Assembly: GCA_963701375.1 (NCBI GenBank)
Contig: CAVOZT010000003.1
Span: 293,640-357,639, forward strand
Length of the DNA: 64,000 nucleotides
Source: an uncultured Acidimicrobiales bacterium
GTDB taxonomy: Bacteria > Actinomycetota > Acidimicrobiia > Acidimicrobiales > CAVXTF01
Direction of reading: 5' to 3'
Shown: positions 18,291 through 27,801 of the stretch, piece after piece
Numbering within the stretch: position 1 is the stretch's first letter
How the letters are laid out: every line of letters starts with the position of its first letter
Program-made: the position numbers and the translations under genes
The notes under the pieces: generated by a model
The model's database searches: none
Told to the model about the DNA's origin: nothing
The model's input: only the letters and a program-made list of their open reading frames with translations

Positions 18291-19508
18291 CTACCGCGGC
18301 AAGTGGACTGGAAGTTCCGACAGTCCTCGGAGATTGATGCGGCCGTTCCACGCTGGCTCGCCCGCAATTTCGAGCCGCGGGAAGCGTCGGATCAGCGCTC
18401 CGATAGCGAGCTGAGCTTCGAGCCGTGCCAGTGCGGCTCCCAAACAGAGATGATGTCCTCCACCGAACGACAGGTGCCCTTTGGCGTCGGATCTCGCCAA
18501 GTCAAGCCGATCTGCTTGCTCGCCCCAGCGGCTCTTGTCGCGATTAGCCGAGCCGAGGACCAAGACCGCGAATGCTCCGCGCTCTATCGTCTTGCCTCCG
18601 ACTTCGATCTCGCGCAAAGTAATGCGTCGAGACATCTGAACCGGGCTGTCGAAGCGGAGAAGCTCTTCGACCGCATTCACCACGAGGTCGGGTTTCTCTT
18701 CGATCAATTCCAGCTGCGCACGGTGCCGGAGAAGGGCCAAGGTCCCGTTACCGATGAGGTTCACTGTGGTCTCGTGACCAGCGATGTAGAGCAGCATCAC
18801 CTGGTCTGCCAATTCGTCCTCCGAGAGGACATCCCCGTTCTCCTCGGCTGCGATCAGTCCAGACAACAGGTCCGCGCCCAAGTTGTGTCGCTTCCAGGCG
18901 ATCGCCTCTTTGATCAGTTCCACCATGCTCCGACCGGCTCCGGCGATAGCGCGAAGTGTGTCGGGGTCGTACACAGGTTCGAGGGTTCGCACCAGCAGCC
19001 CAGACCACTCGCGTAGCTGCTCGGCATCGGTTTCCGGCATGCCGAGGAGCTCGGTGATCACCTGGAAGGGCAAGGGGAACGCCAGATCGCCGATGAGCTC
19101 GGCGTCTCCGCGCTCGGCAACCCGATCGAGAGCCTCGTCAACGAGCTGTTGGATCCGCGGAGCGAGCCCTTCCACCATGCGGGGCGTGAATGCCTTGGAC
19201 ACGAGCCGGCGAAGCCGAGTGTGGTCGGGCGGGTCCCGATTCAACATGGCATAACTACCTCGCTCCGCCTCGTCTCCGAGCACCTCTCGAGCAAGGTCGG
19301 TCAACGGACCCGGGTTGGCGAATCGGTCTTCGACGCTCAGCTCCGAGTCGCGCAGGAGACGCAGCACATCGTCGTAGGCGAACAAGACCCAGATTCCGAA
19401 GGGGCTTTGGTGGACCGGGTCAGCGTCGCGAAGCGCCTCGTATTGGGGATACGGATCGTCCGTGAAACCGGGCTCGAACGGGTTGTAGAGCATGGTCGTG
19501 TCAGTCAT
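18291..19508 (-). CDS. cytochrome P450
   Basis: 405 aa. Heme loop FGGGHHLCLGAALA, AGHETT I-helix and ELLRFDSP (ExxR). Confidence 0.93.
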   Translation of the reverse strand: MTDTTMLYNPFEPGFTDDPYPQYEALRDADPVHQSPFGIWVLFAYDDVLRLLRDSELSVEDRFANPGPLTDLAREVLGDEAERGSYAMLNRDPPDHTRLRRLVSKAFTPRMVEGLAPRIQQLVDEALDRVAERGDAELIGDLAFPLPFQVITELLGMPETDAEQLREWSGLLVRTLEPVYDPDTLRAIAGAGRSMVELIKEAIAWKRHNLGADLLSGLIAAEENGDVLSEDELADQVMLLYIAGHETTVNLIGNGTLALLRHRAQLELIEEKPDLVVNAVEELLRFDSPVQMSRRITLREIEVGGKTIERGAFAVLVLGSANRDKSRWGEQADRLDLARSDAKGHLSFGGGHHLCLGAALARLEAQLAIGALIRRFPRLEIAGEPAWNGRINLRGLSELPVHLPR

Positions 19509-19564
19509 CGTCTTATCTCCCTATCCCGTGATCTCTGGCATGCTGCTTCCAATCGGCGCTCGGA

Positions 19565-20490
19565 TCAAACCTTCTCGTCGTTGCTTGGCGGCCAGTGTGG
19601 TTCGGCAGGGGGCGTTCGCCAGCCATAAGTCGAGGCGAGGCCCGTCAAAATTTGAGTGGCGCGAGCTACTGCCGGCCGGGCGTCATCGGCGCGATGAAGA
19701 AGAGACCAGCCCCAGAGGGGCACAGGCTGTCGGACCGGGCGGCGCGTCAAGGTCGGCGGCATCGGCGCCGCGTGGCGCTTTGGCGACTCGAGCACAGGCC
19801 GGTCCAAACGGGCTACGTGATCGAAGAATGCTGGGCCAGCAATACCCCATCGTTGATCTTGGTCACGGACGCCTGATTCGCCGCGGCGAAGGCGGAGGCG
19901 TATCGGTTCCATGACCTCCATGATGCTTCGTCGACGTCGATGAGGACAGTGATCTCGGCAGCCGGCACACTCTCGTGACGAGTTGTCTTATGGGCGCGTG
20001 GCATGACGGCCTGCAGGGTCTCGTACCACAAAAGGTGCGCAGACAAGTTGAGCCGTGCGATGTCGGCCCCTTCGACCCATGCGATGCCGAGGTCGAGACT
20101 CCCTTCGGCCACTCGTCCCGCTTGCGCATGTGACGGGAGGATCCACTCGTCGATGCGAATCCGAGGGTCTCGGATTGCTGCTGCCTCTGGGGGAAGCCAA
20201 CTGACATAGCCCAGTCGCAGCGGGAGGTCCGCGCCGCCCTCTCGGGCTCGATCGAACGCCCTCGCCGCGGAGGCCAATGCCTCCCGGGAATCGCTCAAAA
20301 ACTGGCTGCCGGTGGGCGTCAACTCGACGTGTCGGCGGTCGCGGACGAGAAGCTGAGTCCCGAGTTCACGTTCGAGGTTACTGATCTGTTGCGACAGCGA
20401 CGGTCCCGAGATGTGAAGACGCTCCGCTGCCCGACCGAAATGCAATTCCTCGGCAACGGCGACGAAGTAGCGCAGCTGCCTGAGTTCCAC
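19565..20490 (-). pseudogene. LysR family transcriptional regulator, frameshifted as assembled
   Basis: The N-terminal HTH is MELRQLRYFVAVAEELHFGRAAERLHISGPSLSQQI. ORF 19813..20490 stops early. The C-terminus continues in ORF 19565..19921 (GIAGPAFFDHVARLDRPVL...). The span is 926 nt, one short of being in frame. Confidence 0.8.
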
Positions 20491-20515
20491 GCGGTCGATG
20501 TTACGTCCGACACAG

Positions 20516-20536
20516 GTGTTAGGCGACGCCTAACAC
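20516..20536. promoter_or_regulatory. perfect 10-bp inverted repeat containing a TTA-N9-TAA LysR-type box
   Basis: gtgttaggcg-a-cgcctaacac lies 26 nt upstream of the lysR start, in the divergent lysR/hydrolase intergenic region. Confidence 0.4.
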
Positions 20537-20689
20537 TCTTTGGATATAAGTCGTGGACTCACGACGAACACAAGGTTTTACTAAGAACATGATCGTCGCG
20601 TTGTTACAGAACGTGAGTTCCGTTCCCTGCTAGAGCGCAAGGACGTGCAAAACCGAGGTTCAACACAACCGCGGACAAGGAGCCAGAAA

Positions 20690-21529
20690 ATGCCCACTGT
20701 CATGGTCGGAAACGAGAACAATGATCCGATCGAGATCCACTACGAGGATCACGGACGGGGTGAGCCGATCGTTCTGATCCACGGCTATCCGCTGAACGGC
20801 AACTCGTGGGAACGCCAAGAGCGGGACCTGCTCGCCAATGGATATCGAGTGATCACCTATGACCGCCGGGGCTTTGGCCGCTCCAGCCAGCCGATCATCG
20901 GCTACGACTACGACACGTTTGCAGGCGATCTGAAAACGCTCATCGAACATCTCGACCTGAATGACGTCGTCCTCGTCGGCTTCTCCATGGGCACCGGCGA
21001 GGTGGTCCGCTACATCGCGACCTATGGGTCCGAACGCGTTCGCAAATCCGTCCTGCTCGGCACGATTCCCCCCTTCGTACTCAAGACCGACGACAACCTC
21101 GAAGGCGTGGAGGGGAAGGTCTTCGACGACCTGAAGACGGCTGTCGCCAATGACCGCTATGCATTCTTCGAGGGCTTCTTCAACGACTTCTACAACGTGG
21201 ATGTCCTCCGCGGAACTCGCATCAGCGACCGGGCCTGGCAGGCGAGCTTCAATGTGGCCGCAGACTGCTCACCATTCGCGTCGTATGCCTGCGTTGACAC
21301 TTGGTTGACCGACTTCCGCGCCGACCTACCGAAGATCGACGTTCCGGTGCTGGTCATGCACGGCACCGCTGACCGCATACTTCCTTTCGAGGTGACGGCT
21401 GCCCGCCTTCCGGCGTTGATCTCCGACTGCACACTTGTTCCAGTTGAGAGCGGCCCGCACAACATTGCCTGGACGCACGCCGAGGAGATCAACGCGGCTC
21501 TGCTCCAGTTTCTCAGCGAGGGCCGTTAG
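20690..21529 (+). CDS. alpha/beta hydrolase, non-heme haloperoxidase/arylesterase-like
   Basis: MPTVMVGNENNDPIEIHYEDHGRGEPIVLIHGYPLNGNSWERQ, nucleophile elbow GFSMGTG, and HGTADRILPF. Confidence 0.85.
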   Translation: MPTVMVGNENNDPIEIHYEDHGRGEPIVLIHGYPLNGNSWERQERDLLANGYRVITYDRRGFGRSSQPIIGYDYDTFAGDLKTLIEHLDLNDVVLVGFSMGTGEVVRYIATYGSERVRKSVLLGTIPPFVLKTDDNLEGVEGKVFDDLKTAVANDRYAFFEGFFNDFYNVDVLRGTRISDRAWQASFNVAADCSPFASYACVDTWLTDFRADLPKIDVPVLVMHGTADRILPFEVTAARLPALISDCTLVPVESGPHNIAWTHAEEINAALLQFLSEGR

Positions 21530-21607
21530 TGCTTATTCCAGCGTCCGCGGACCGTTACCGCTGCTCTGCCTCGAATCACCGATCAGTTACCAACAAAAGG
21601 AGTCGCA

Positions 21608-22591
21608 ATGTCCAACCACTTCAGCGCTGACAAGCTCAAATTCCCTGGCGACGATAGGCGCCTCGACTTGACCGACGTGTTCGTATTCACGTCATCGGAC
21701 AACCCTGACAAGACGGTGTTCATCATCGACTCGAACCCAACGAGCGCTCCGCCTCCGATCCCGGCGCCAACGACCGGCCCAGAGTTCCACCCCGACGCGG
21801 TCTACCGGATCAACATCGACAGTAACGGCGACTTGAAAGCCGACGTGGCGTTCTCCTTCACCTTCTCTCAGCTCGAGAATGGCAAGCAGACCGGGAAGGC
21901 CTGGCTTGCCACGGGTAGACAGGCCACAAGCCCCGAGCCAGTCGGCGAACTGCTCACCGACTCCCTCCCCGTCAGCTTCGACGGCATGCTCCGACCCGTC
22001 GAGGTCGGCCCGATTCGGATGTGCGCCGGACTGCGCAGCGATCCATTCTTCGCCGACGTGGAGGGGGCCCTGCACGGATTCCAGTGGACCGGCCACGACG
22101 ACTTCGCGGACAACAACGTCGACTCCATTGCACTCGAGGTACCCAACGAAACGCTCGGCTCGGACAACGTAATCGGAGTGTGGGCCTCGATCAGCCTGCG
22201 AAGAGACGGCAAGCTCGTGCAAATGGACCGCGGAGGTCATCCAACCATCAACCCCTTCATCAACCCAGACGGCGAGAAAAACCTGTACAACTCCCGCCAG
22301 CCAGCCGACGACGTCGCCAACTACCTGACGCCGTGGTCCAAGATCCTGGAAAGTGGCGGCTATTCGCCCGAGGAGGCCAAGGTGGCGGCCATGCAGGTCC
22401 TCCCCGACATTCTCCGCTATGACCGCACCCAGCCCGCCACTTACCCAAACGGTCGCGTCCTCACGGACGACGTCTACAGCATGCGCTTCTCCTGGCTGAG
22501 TCACGGCAAGGTTCCACCCACCGGGCTCAAGCCGCACGACGACCTACAGGTCCGGTTCCCCTACCTCGGCGTTCCCAACCCTGCAGTCTGA
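21608..22591 (+). CDS. DUF4331-like protein
   Basis: 327 aa. The N-terminus SNHFSADKLKFPGDDRRLDLTDVFVFTSSDNPDKTV resembles the DUF4331 start motif. This assignment is from memory. Confidence 0.55.
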   Translation: MSNHFSADKLKFPGDDRRLDLTDVFVFTSSDNPDKTVFIIDSNPTSAPPPIPAPTTGPEFHPDAVYRINIDSNGDLKADVAFSFTFSQLENGKQTGKAWLATGRQATSPEPVGELLTDSLPVSFDGMLRPVEVGPIRMCAGLRSDPFFADVEGALHGFQWTGHDDFADNNVDSIALEVPNETLGSDNVIGVWASISLRRDGKLVQMDRGGHPTINPFINPDGEKNLYNSRQPADDVANYLTPWSKILESGGYSPEEAKVAAMQVLPDILRYDRTQPATYPNGRVLTDDVYSMRFSWLSHGKVPPTGLKPHDDLQVRFPYLGVPNPAV

Positions 22592-22651
22592 AATCGCGTC
22601 GCCTCCGATCAAATGAACACGCCAAATTGGGAAAGTGGTGAGGACACATTG

Positions 22652-22957
22652 ATGGAGTTCCTCGTTCAGTTCGAGCTGGACATCCCGGACGGTGTCGGCG
22701 ATTCTGAAGTCGAAGACCGCGGGAGGGCCGAAGCAGTTGCGGCAGAGAGGTTGGCGGAAGAGGGGCACCTCATTCGCTTGTGGCAGGTGCCCACCGGCAC
22801 CGCCCTCAACACGGTGCTCGGCCTCTATCGTGCCCGGACCAAAGCCGAACTCGACGCACTTCTGCGCGCTCTACCGATGTACGAATGGATGCAAATGTCG
22901 ATCACGTCCCTCGTTCAGCATCCGAACGATCCGGCGAGAGTTCACGCAAGCGCGTAG
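22652..22957 (+). CDS. muconolactone delta-isomerase-like protein
   Basis: MEFLVQFELDIPDG ... GHLIRLWQVPTG ... LGLYRARTKAELDALLRALPMYEWMQMSITSLVQHPNDP follows the MIase family pattern. Confidence 0.65.
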   Translation: MEFLVQFELDIPDGVGDSEVEDRGRAEAVAAERLAEEGHLIRLWQVPTGTALNTVLGLYRARTKAELDALLRALPMYEWMQMSITSLVQHPNDPARVHASA

Positions 22958-23016
22958 ATGAGTCGGATAGAAAGAAGTTGCACTCACGACATCTACCGTC
23001 CCCTTAGGAGCGTGTC

Positions 23017-23490
23017 GTGAGTAAGCGGCTTCCCGAACCTCACCTGATGAAGATCTTCCGTTTGGAGGCGATCCTGGGCGAGGCGCTCGATGTAGGAGAA
23101 GTGGCGCAGGGACGTCGGCGAATCGTCCCCCTGACCGGTGGCACATTTACCGGGCCCGAATTGAACGGCACGCTCCTGCCGGGAGCCAGCGCCGACTGGC
23201 AGATCGTTCTACCGGACGGCACCGCGCTCGGCGACGTCCGCTACACACTGCGGACTGATCGCGGTGACGTGCTCTTCGTCCGATCGCAGGGGGTGCGCCA
23301 CGGCAGCGTCGAGGTTCTCGCTCGCCTCGCTCGCGGTGAGGACGTCAACGCGGGTGAGTATGTGTTCCACATGGCAACGCAGATCGAGACGGCGGCGCCC
23401 GCTTTCGACTGGTTGAACAAGGGCGTCTTCATCAGTGTGGGCGGACGCCGACCTGGCGAAGTGATCTACGAGGTCTACCTCGTCGCGTGA
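23017..23490 (+). CDS. DUF3237 (UPF0311) family protein
   Basis: VAQGRRRIVPLTGGTFTGPELNGTLLPGASADWQIVLPDGTALGDVRYTLRTDRGDVLFV. AGGAG lies 6 nt upstream of the GTG start. Confidence 0.65.
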   Translation: MSKRLPEPHLMKIFRLEAILGEALDVGEVAQGRRRIVPLTGGTFTGPELNGTLLPGASADWQIVLPDGTALGDVRYTLRTDRGDVLFVRSQGVRHGSVEVLARLARGEDVNAGEYVFHMATQIETAAPAFDWLNKGVFISVGGRRPGEVIYEVYLVA

Positions 23491-23569
23491 ACTCCACCTT
23501 TGCGGTCGGCGGTGACAAGAGCACGTTCGCAGGCATTCAGAGGTCTCGAACCCTCCGCTCGTCGCCACA

Positions 23570-24323
23570 TCAACCGGCACCGAGCGACACAGCCGGTTGC
23601 CGGGTGCGAAGCATGTAGATACTCGTGATGACCGCAATGATCCCGTACCCGATCACGGGGGAATAGCTCACGATGGTTGTCCCGCCGCTGACGCTCGACA
23701 GCCCCATCGCGGCACCAACGGCTGCCGAGCGCGGCAAAGACCATCGCCAACCACCCGACCCAGGTCCTCGCCAAATGACCGCGGATCATCGCCACGCCGA
23801 TCGCAACAAGGAAGCCGGCCATGAAGAAGCCGAAGAGTCCGGGCATGACTAGACCGTTCTGCAGGTCGAACAGGACTCGGGTCAGTGCCGGATCCGTCGG
23901 TCCCCCTTGTTTATGGAGATAGACCAGAGCTGACAGCGTCACCCCGTCGAATGCGCTGATGGAGGTGGCGACGGCCCCGGTGGTCAGGGCGATCATGCCC
24001 AACGGGCTCCTGTGATCCCGTTCGTGGATGACCCGAGCCACCGTCGCGATGAACCAGACTCCGATGGCAGTGCCGAGGACCGTTAAGAGGGTCAGTGCCA
24101 GAATCGAGGCTGCGTGAGCCGCAAGATACGAGGAGATCTCGGCAGCCGTCGAGGAGCTCGTCAGGTTTCCGATACCCCCCAACGCAATCGGGGCTCCCGC
24201 CAGCAGCACCACTGACAGAAGGCCGAGAGCGCCACCTGTGCGGACCCAACCGGGTTTGATGCCGGACTCTGTGTCAATCGTGGACGCAGTTTCCGTTTGA
24301 GCAGTTTGCACTTGAATCGTCAT
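23570..24323 (-). pseudogene. polytopic membrane protein (hypothetical), frameshifted as assembled
   Basis: Starts MTIQVQTAQ after GGAGG. The hydrophobic sequence ends at ...WLAMVFAALGS and then turns into junk. An alternative frame continues AAVGAAMGLSSVSGGTTIVSYSPVIGYGIIAVITSIYMLRTRQPAVSLGAG-stop at 23570. The span is 754 nt, one too many. Confidence 0.6.
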
Positions 24324-24508
24324 CGTTTCACGACCTCCAAATCTCGAAGAAAGGAACCGTTTGGATTGTCGATCCCACGGTCCCGATGGTCGAGGGCGAT
24401 GGCACGAAACGTTCGGTGTGGAACCCGCCCCATTTTGGGCGGGTAACCGCACCTTTTTGGGCTGCTCACACCCTTTGTCATTGCAAAGTAGGCGTGTACC
24501 CTCACGTG

Positions 24509-26788
24509 ATGGGATCAAGCTTCGACTTGTCGCTCGGGTCGATCTCCCGACGATTGGTCGCAGCCGCCTCCCTCGGGGTCGTTGCTTGTGGCCTCACCGG
24601 GACGGCGCTAGTAATCCTGTTGGCCGGGCACGCCACATTTCACGATTTCGACCCCACCAGCGTCGTGCTCCCGTTCACGATGGCGGCCGTCGGAGTAGTC
24701 ATCGTTGCGCACGTTCCACGGAATCCCGTGGGTTGGCTCTTCGTTTCGGCGGCGTGTGTCGTCGGGATAGAAGCGCTCTGCGGTGCCTTGGCCTTTCGAG
24801 CGCTGCTCTTGCACCGCTCTCCTCATGACGTTGGCGTCTGGGCCGAGTGGACTGACAATTGGTTGGGCGGCGTCCTGTTCCCGGCCGGCCTCGCAGCCGT
24901 GTTGATGCTTCTCATCCCGAGCGGTCGACTCCCTTCTTCACGCTGGCGTCCCGTTCTCTTCGCGTCACCTTTCATCGTGGGCGTTCTCGCGTTCAGTCAG
25001 ATGTTCGGCCCGGCGACGATGAAGAACACGAGCGGCGTACCGGCGATCGCCAACCCGCTCGGTGTCCAGGCACTGTCGATCCTGTCGAACTCGACGTTCG
25101 ACGCGGTGGTCTGGGGTATCGCGCTGCTTTACGCGATTGTCGCCGCAAGCGCCCCACTGGTCCGATTCTTCGGCGCGGGGGCAGAGGAACGCCAGCAGCT
25201 CAAGTGGATAGGGCTACCGCTCGCCGTGACGACGGTCGTCTACACGATAATCGCGCTCGGCCCGTCGGGCGTCTCCTCCGCCGGGAACGGTGCTCTCGGC
25301 TGGACGGTCGTGATCGTGGGTTATGGAACCGTGTTGCCGATCGCCATCGGGATCGCGATCGTAAAGTACCGCCTCTACAGCATCGATCTGGCGATCAATC
25401 GGACCGTTGTTTTTTCGATCCTCGCCGCTTTCATCACTGCTGTGTATCTTGCCGTCGCCGTAGGGTTCGGCTCTCTCATCGGCTCCAAGTCGAATCTCGG
25501 CCTTTCTCTAGTCGGAACAGCGATTGTGGCGGCCGCGTTTCAACCTGTGCGCGTGCAGGCGCAGCGGCTGGCTAACCGCGTGGTGTATGGCACGCGTGCG
25601 ACGCCCTACGAGGCGCTTGCTCAGTTCTCCGAACAAGCATCGGGCGCCTATCCGGCCGACGACGCGCTGTCGCGGATGGCCCGCGTGATAGGTGAGGGCA
25701 CGCGGTCACTCGCTGCCTGTGTTTGGCTTCGCCGAGGCGAGACGCTCGTGCCCGTATCGATCTGGCCGCCGGACGCAGAATGGCCGGACGCGGTCTCGGT
25801 CCGCAGGCTCGACGAGGTATCCGACTCGAACGTCCGCTTCGTGAGTATTCGTCGCTCGGACGAGCTGCTCGGCGCGCTCAGCGTTCTGATGCGTCAATCC
25901 GAATCGCTCAAGCCGATAGAGACGAACTTGCTGACCCATCTTGCCGGGCAGGCGGGACTGTTCCTGAAGAACGCCGGGCTCAACGCCGAACTGCAACGCA
26001 GCATCACCGAGGTGCTCGCATCTAGACGGCGCATCGCCCACGCTGAGGACGATGTCCGTCGCAGAATCGAGCGGGACCTGCACGACGGCGCGCAACAGCA
26101 CATCGTCGCACTGGCGTTTCAGTTGGGTCAGGTGGAACAGAGCGCCGCCGCGACTCCGGGTAACGCTTTCGCCTCGATTGCCGACCTTCGGCTCCAGGCT
26201 CAGCGGGCTCTTGACTCCCTGCGAGAACTCGCGCACGGCGTCTACCCGCCCCTGCTGGCAGATCGAGGTCTGGGGGCCGCGTTGCAAGCCCATGCCCGGC
26301 GCCTCGGCATGGACGTTGCGCTGGAAGCCAAGGCAATACCGCGGTACCCGCCAGACGTCGAGGCTGCGGTCTACTTCTGCGTGCTCGAGGCGCTGCAGAA
26401 CGCGCAGAAGCACTCGCACGCGAGACAGGTCGAGATCAGGCTGGCTCAGGAAACCGACGGGTTGGACTTCACGGTTTCCGACGAGGGAGACGGTTTCGAT
26501 GTCGGCAACGCCTGGCACGTCGGAGTCGGGTTGGCAAATATGACGGACCGCATTGCGGCCGAAGGCGGGTGCCTCAAGATTGATTCCACGCCGGGCAAGG
26601 GAACTGTCATCCACGGCCACATGCCGACACCCGACGGTTCCCGCGTCGAGGTCTCGCCGCAGGACCGGCACGAATCCTTCAGGGTGAGCGCCGATTCGTT
26701 ACTCTCCGCGGGTGGCGATTCGAACCGTGATCGCGGAGGACAACCTTTTGGTGCGCGAGGGGGTTCTCAGCCTTCTGTCGGGCGCTGA
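24509..26788 (+). CDS. sensor histidine kinase (HisKA_3/NarX type) with a large polytopic N-terminal domain
   Basis: About 10 hydrophobic segments are followed by DDVRRRIERDLHDGAQQHIVAL (H-box) and the HATPase motifs DEGDGF and GVGLANMTDR. The last 77 nt overlap the response regulator gene. Confidence 0.85.
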   Translation: MGSSFDLSLGSISRRLVAAASLGVVACGLTGTALVILLAGHATFHDFDPTSVVLPFTMAAVGVVIVAHVPRNPVGWLFVSAACVVGIEALCGALAFRALLLHRSPHDVGVWAEWTDNWLGGVLFPAGLAAVLMLLIPSGRLPSSRWRPVLFASPFIVGVLAFSQMFGPATMKNTSGVPAIANPLGVQALSILSNSTFDAVVWGIALLYAIVAASAPLVRFFGAGAEERQQLKWIGLPLAVTTVVYTIIALGPSGVSSAGNGALGWTVVIVGYGTVLPIAIGIAIVKYRLYSIDLAINRTVVFSILAAFITAVYLAVAVGFGSLIGSKSNLGLSLVGTAIVAAAFQPVRVQAQRLANRVVYGTRATPYEALAQFSEQASGAYPADDALSRMARVIGEGTRSLAACVWLRRGETLVPVSIWPPDAEWPDAVSVRRLDEVSDSNVRFVSIRRSDELLGALSVLMRQSESLKPIETNLLTHLAGQAGLFLKNAGLNAELQRSITEVLASRRRIAHAEDDVRRRIERDLHDGAQQHIVALAFQLGQVEQSAAATPGNAFASIADLRLQAQRALDSLRELAHGVYPPLLADRGLGAALQAHARRLGMDVALEAKAIPRYPPDVEAAVYFCVLEALQNAQKHSHARQVEIRLAQETDGLDFTVSDEGDGFDVGNAWHVGVGLANMTDRIAAEGGCLKIDSTPGKGTVIHGHMPTPDGSRVEVSPQDRHESFRVSADSLLSAGGDSNRDRGGQPFGARGGSQPSVGR

Positions 26789-27386
26789 AGACGTCGAGGT
26801 TGTAGGCGCGTTCGAAGACCTACCGAGCGTCGAGGCAGGAATCGACGCTCTGGACCCCGATGTCGTCATCACTGACATACGCATGCCGCCGGGGGGGAGG
26901 GACGAGGGACTCAGGCTGGCGGCCCGGTTACGCGTCGACAGGCCCGAGGTCGGGGTTGTCGTCCTGAGCCAGTACGCCGAGCCGGAGTACGTCCTGGCTC
27001 TGCTCGAGGATGGCGCACAAGGCCGTGCCTACCTGCTGAAGGAACGCCTATTTGACGCCGGGGAGCTCCTCAGAGCGGTGATGGCCGTAGCCGGCAAAGG
27101 TTCGGTGATCGATCCCAAGGTTGTCGAGGTGCTTGTCCATTCCCGTCGGACAAAGCAGGACTCACAGCTCGCCCAGCTGACCGCACGAGAGCGCGAGGTG
27201 CTGGAGCAGATCGCTCAGGGCAGCAGCAACGCTGCGGCGGCACGTGAGCTCTCCATGTCTGAGCGTGCGGTCGAGAAGCACATCAGCATAATTTTTTCAA
27301 AGCTCGGCCTATTGGAGGAACGCGACGTCAATCGTCGGGTGAAAGCGACGCTGCTGTACCTCGCTGGGGACGACTCGGCCTATTGA
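26712..27386 (+). CDS. LuxR/NarL family response regulator
   Basis: Receiver domain (VIAEDNLLVREG, DVVITDIRMPP) plus LuxR HTH (LTAREREVLEQIAQGSSNAAAARELSMSERAVEKHISIIFSKLG). Confidence 0.93.
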   Translation: MAIRTVIAEDNLLVREGVLSLLSGAEDVEVVGAFEDLPSVEAGIDALDPDVVITDIRMPPGGRDEGLRLAARLRVDRPEVGVVVLSQYAEPEYVLALLEDGAQGRAYLLKERLFDAGELLRAVMAVAGKGSVIDPKVVEVLVHSRRTKQDSQLAQLTAREREVLEQIAQGSSNAAAARELSMSERAVEKHISIIFSKLGLLEERDVNRRVKATLLYLAGDDSAY

Positions 27387-27420
27387 GACGGGTTTGCGTC
27401 CTCCAAGCAGGGTCGGGAGA

Positions 27421-27801
27421 CTAGGACGGACAGGACACCCAGACCACCTGGCGCCAGCTCGAGTCCGCTAGCGTCACCGGGACGTAGCCGAACGAAATTG
27501 GGTGGAGTCCCTTCGTCAGGCAAATCGGCACTCCACCTTCATGAAAGCCGCCACTTGCCGAATACCAGTCGACATCGAGCGGGATGTTGTACTGCCATCC
27601 GTTGACTGTTGCCTGGGCCTGGTAACCCGACGAGTACGCATCGCCACTAAGCACGGTGACTAAGGACCCATTACCCCACAGGCTGTAACCGCCAAAGCCC
27701 GCCAGCACGAGAATGGCGGCGACGCACACTCCAATCGCAAGGCGACGGAGCGGTTTGCCTCGAGTTCGCCCCACGTTCGAGAGGCCAACCGGAACTTTCA
27801 T
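27421..27801 (-). CDS. hypothetical N-terminally anchored/secreted protein
   Basis: MKVPVGLSNVGRTRGKPLRRLAIGVCVAAILVLAGFGG is followed by about 90 aa with no recognisable motif. Confidence 0.5.
   Translation of the reverse strand: MKVPVGLSNVGRTRGKPLRRLAIGVCVAAILVLAGFGGYSLWGNGSLVTVLSGDAYSSGYQAQATVNGWQYNIPLDVDWYSASGGFHEGGVPICLTKGLHPISFGYVPVTLADSSWRQVVWVSCPS

Noticed and set aside
24423-24444. Hairpin acccgccc-catttt-gggcgggt in the divergent membrane-protein/kinase intergenic region, followed by a T-run 10 nt later.
   Set aside because: Its position in a divergent promoter region, and its distance from the T-run, do not fit a terminator. I recognise no riboswitch or known motif, and the signal is too weak to call.
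26640-26788. The histidine kinase tail overlapping the response regulator start, considered as an eleventh frameshift.
   Set aside because: No conserved sequence can be followed into another frame here, so I cannot distinguish a real overlap from an indel. It is noted in the kinase finding instead.
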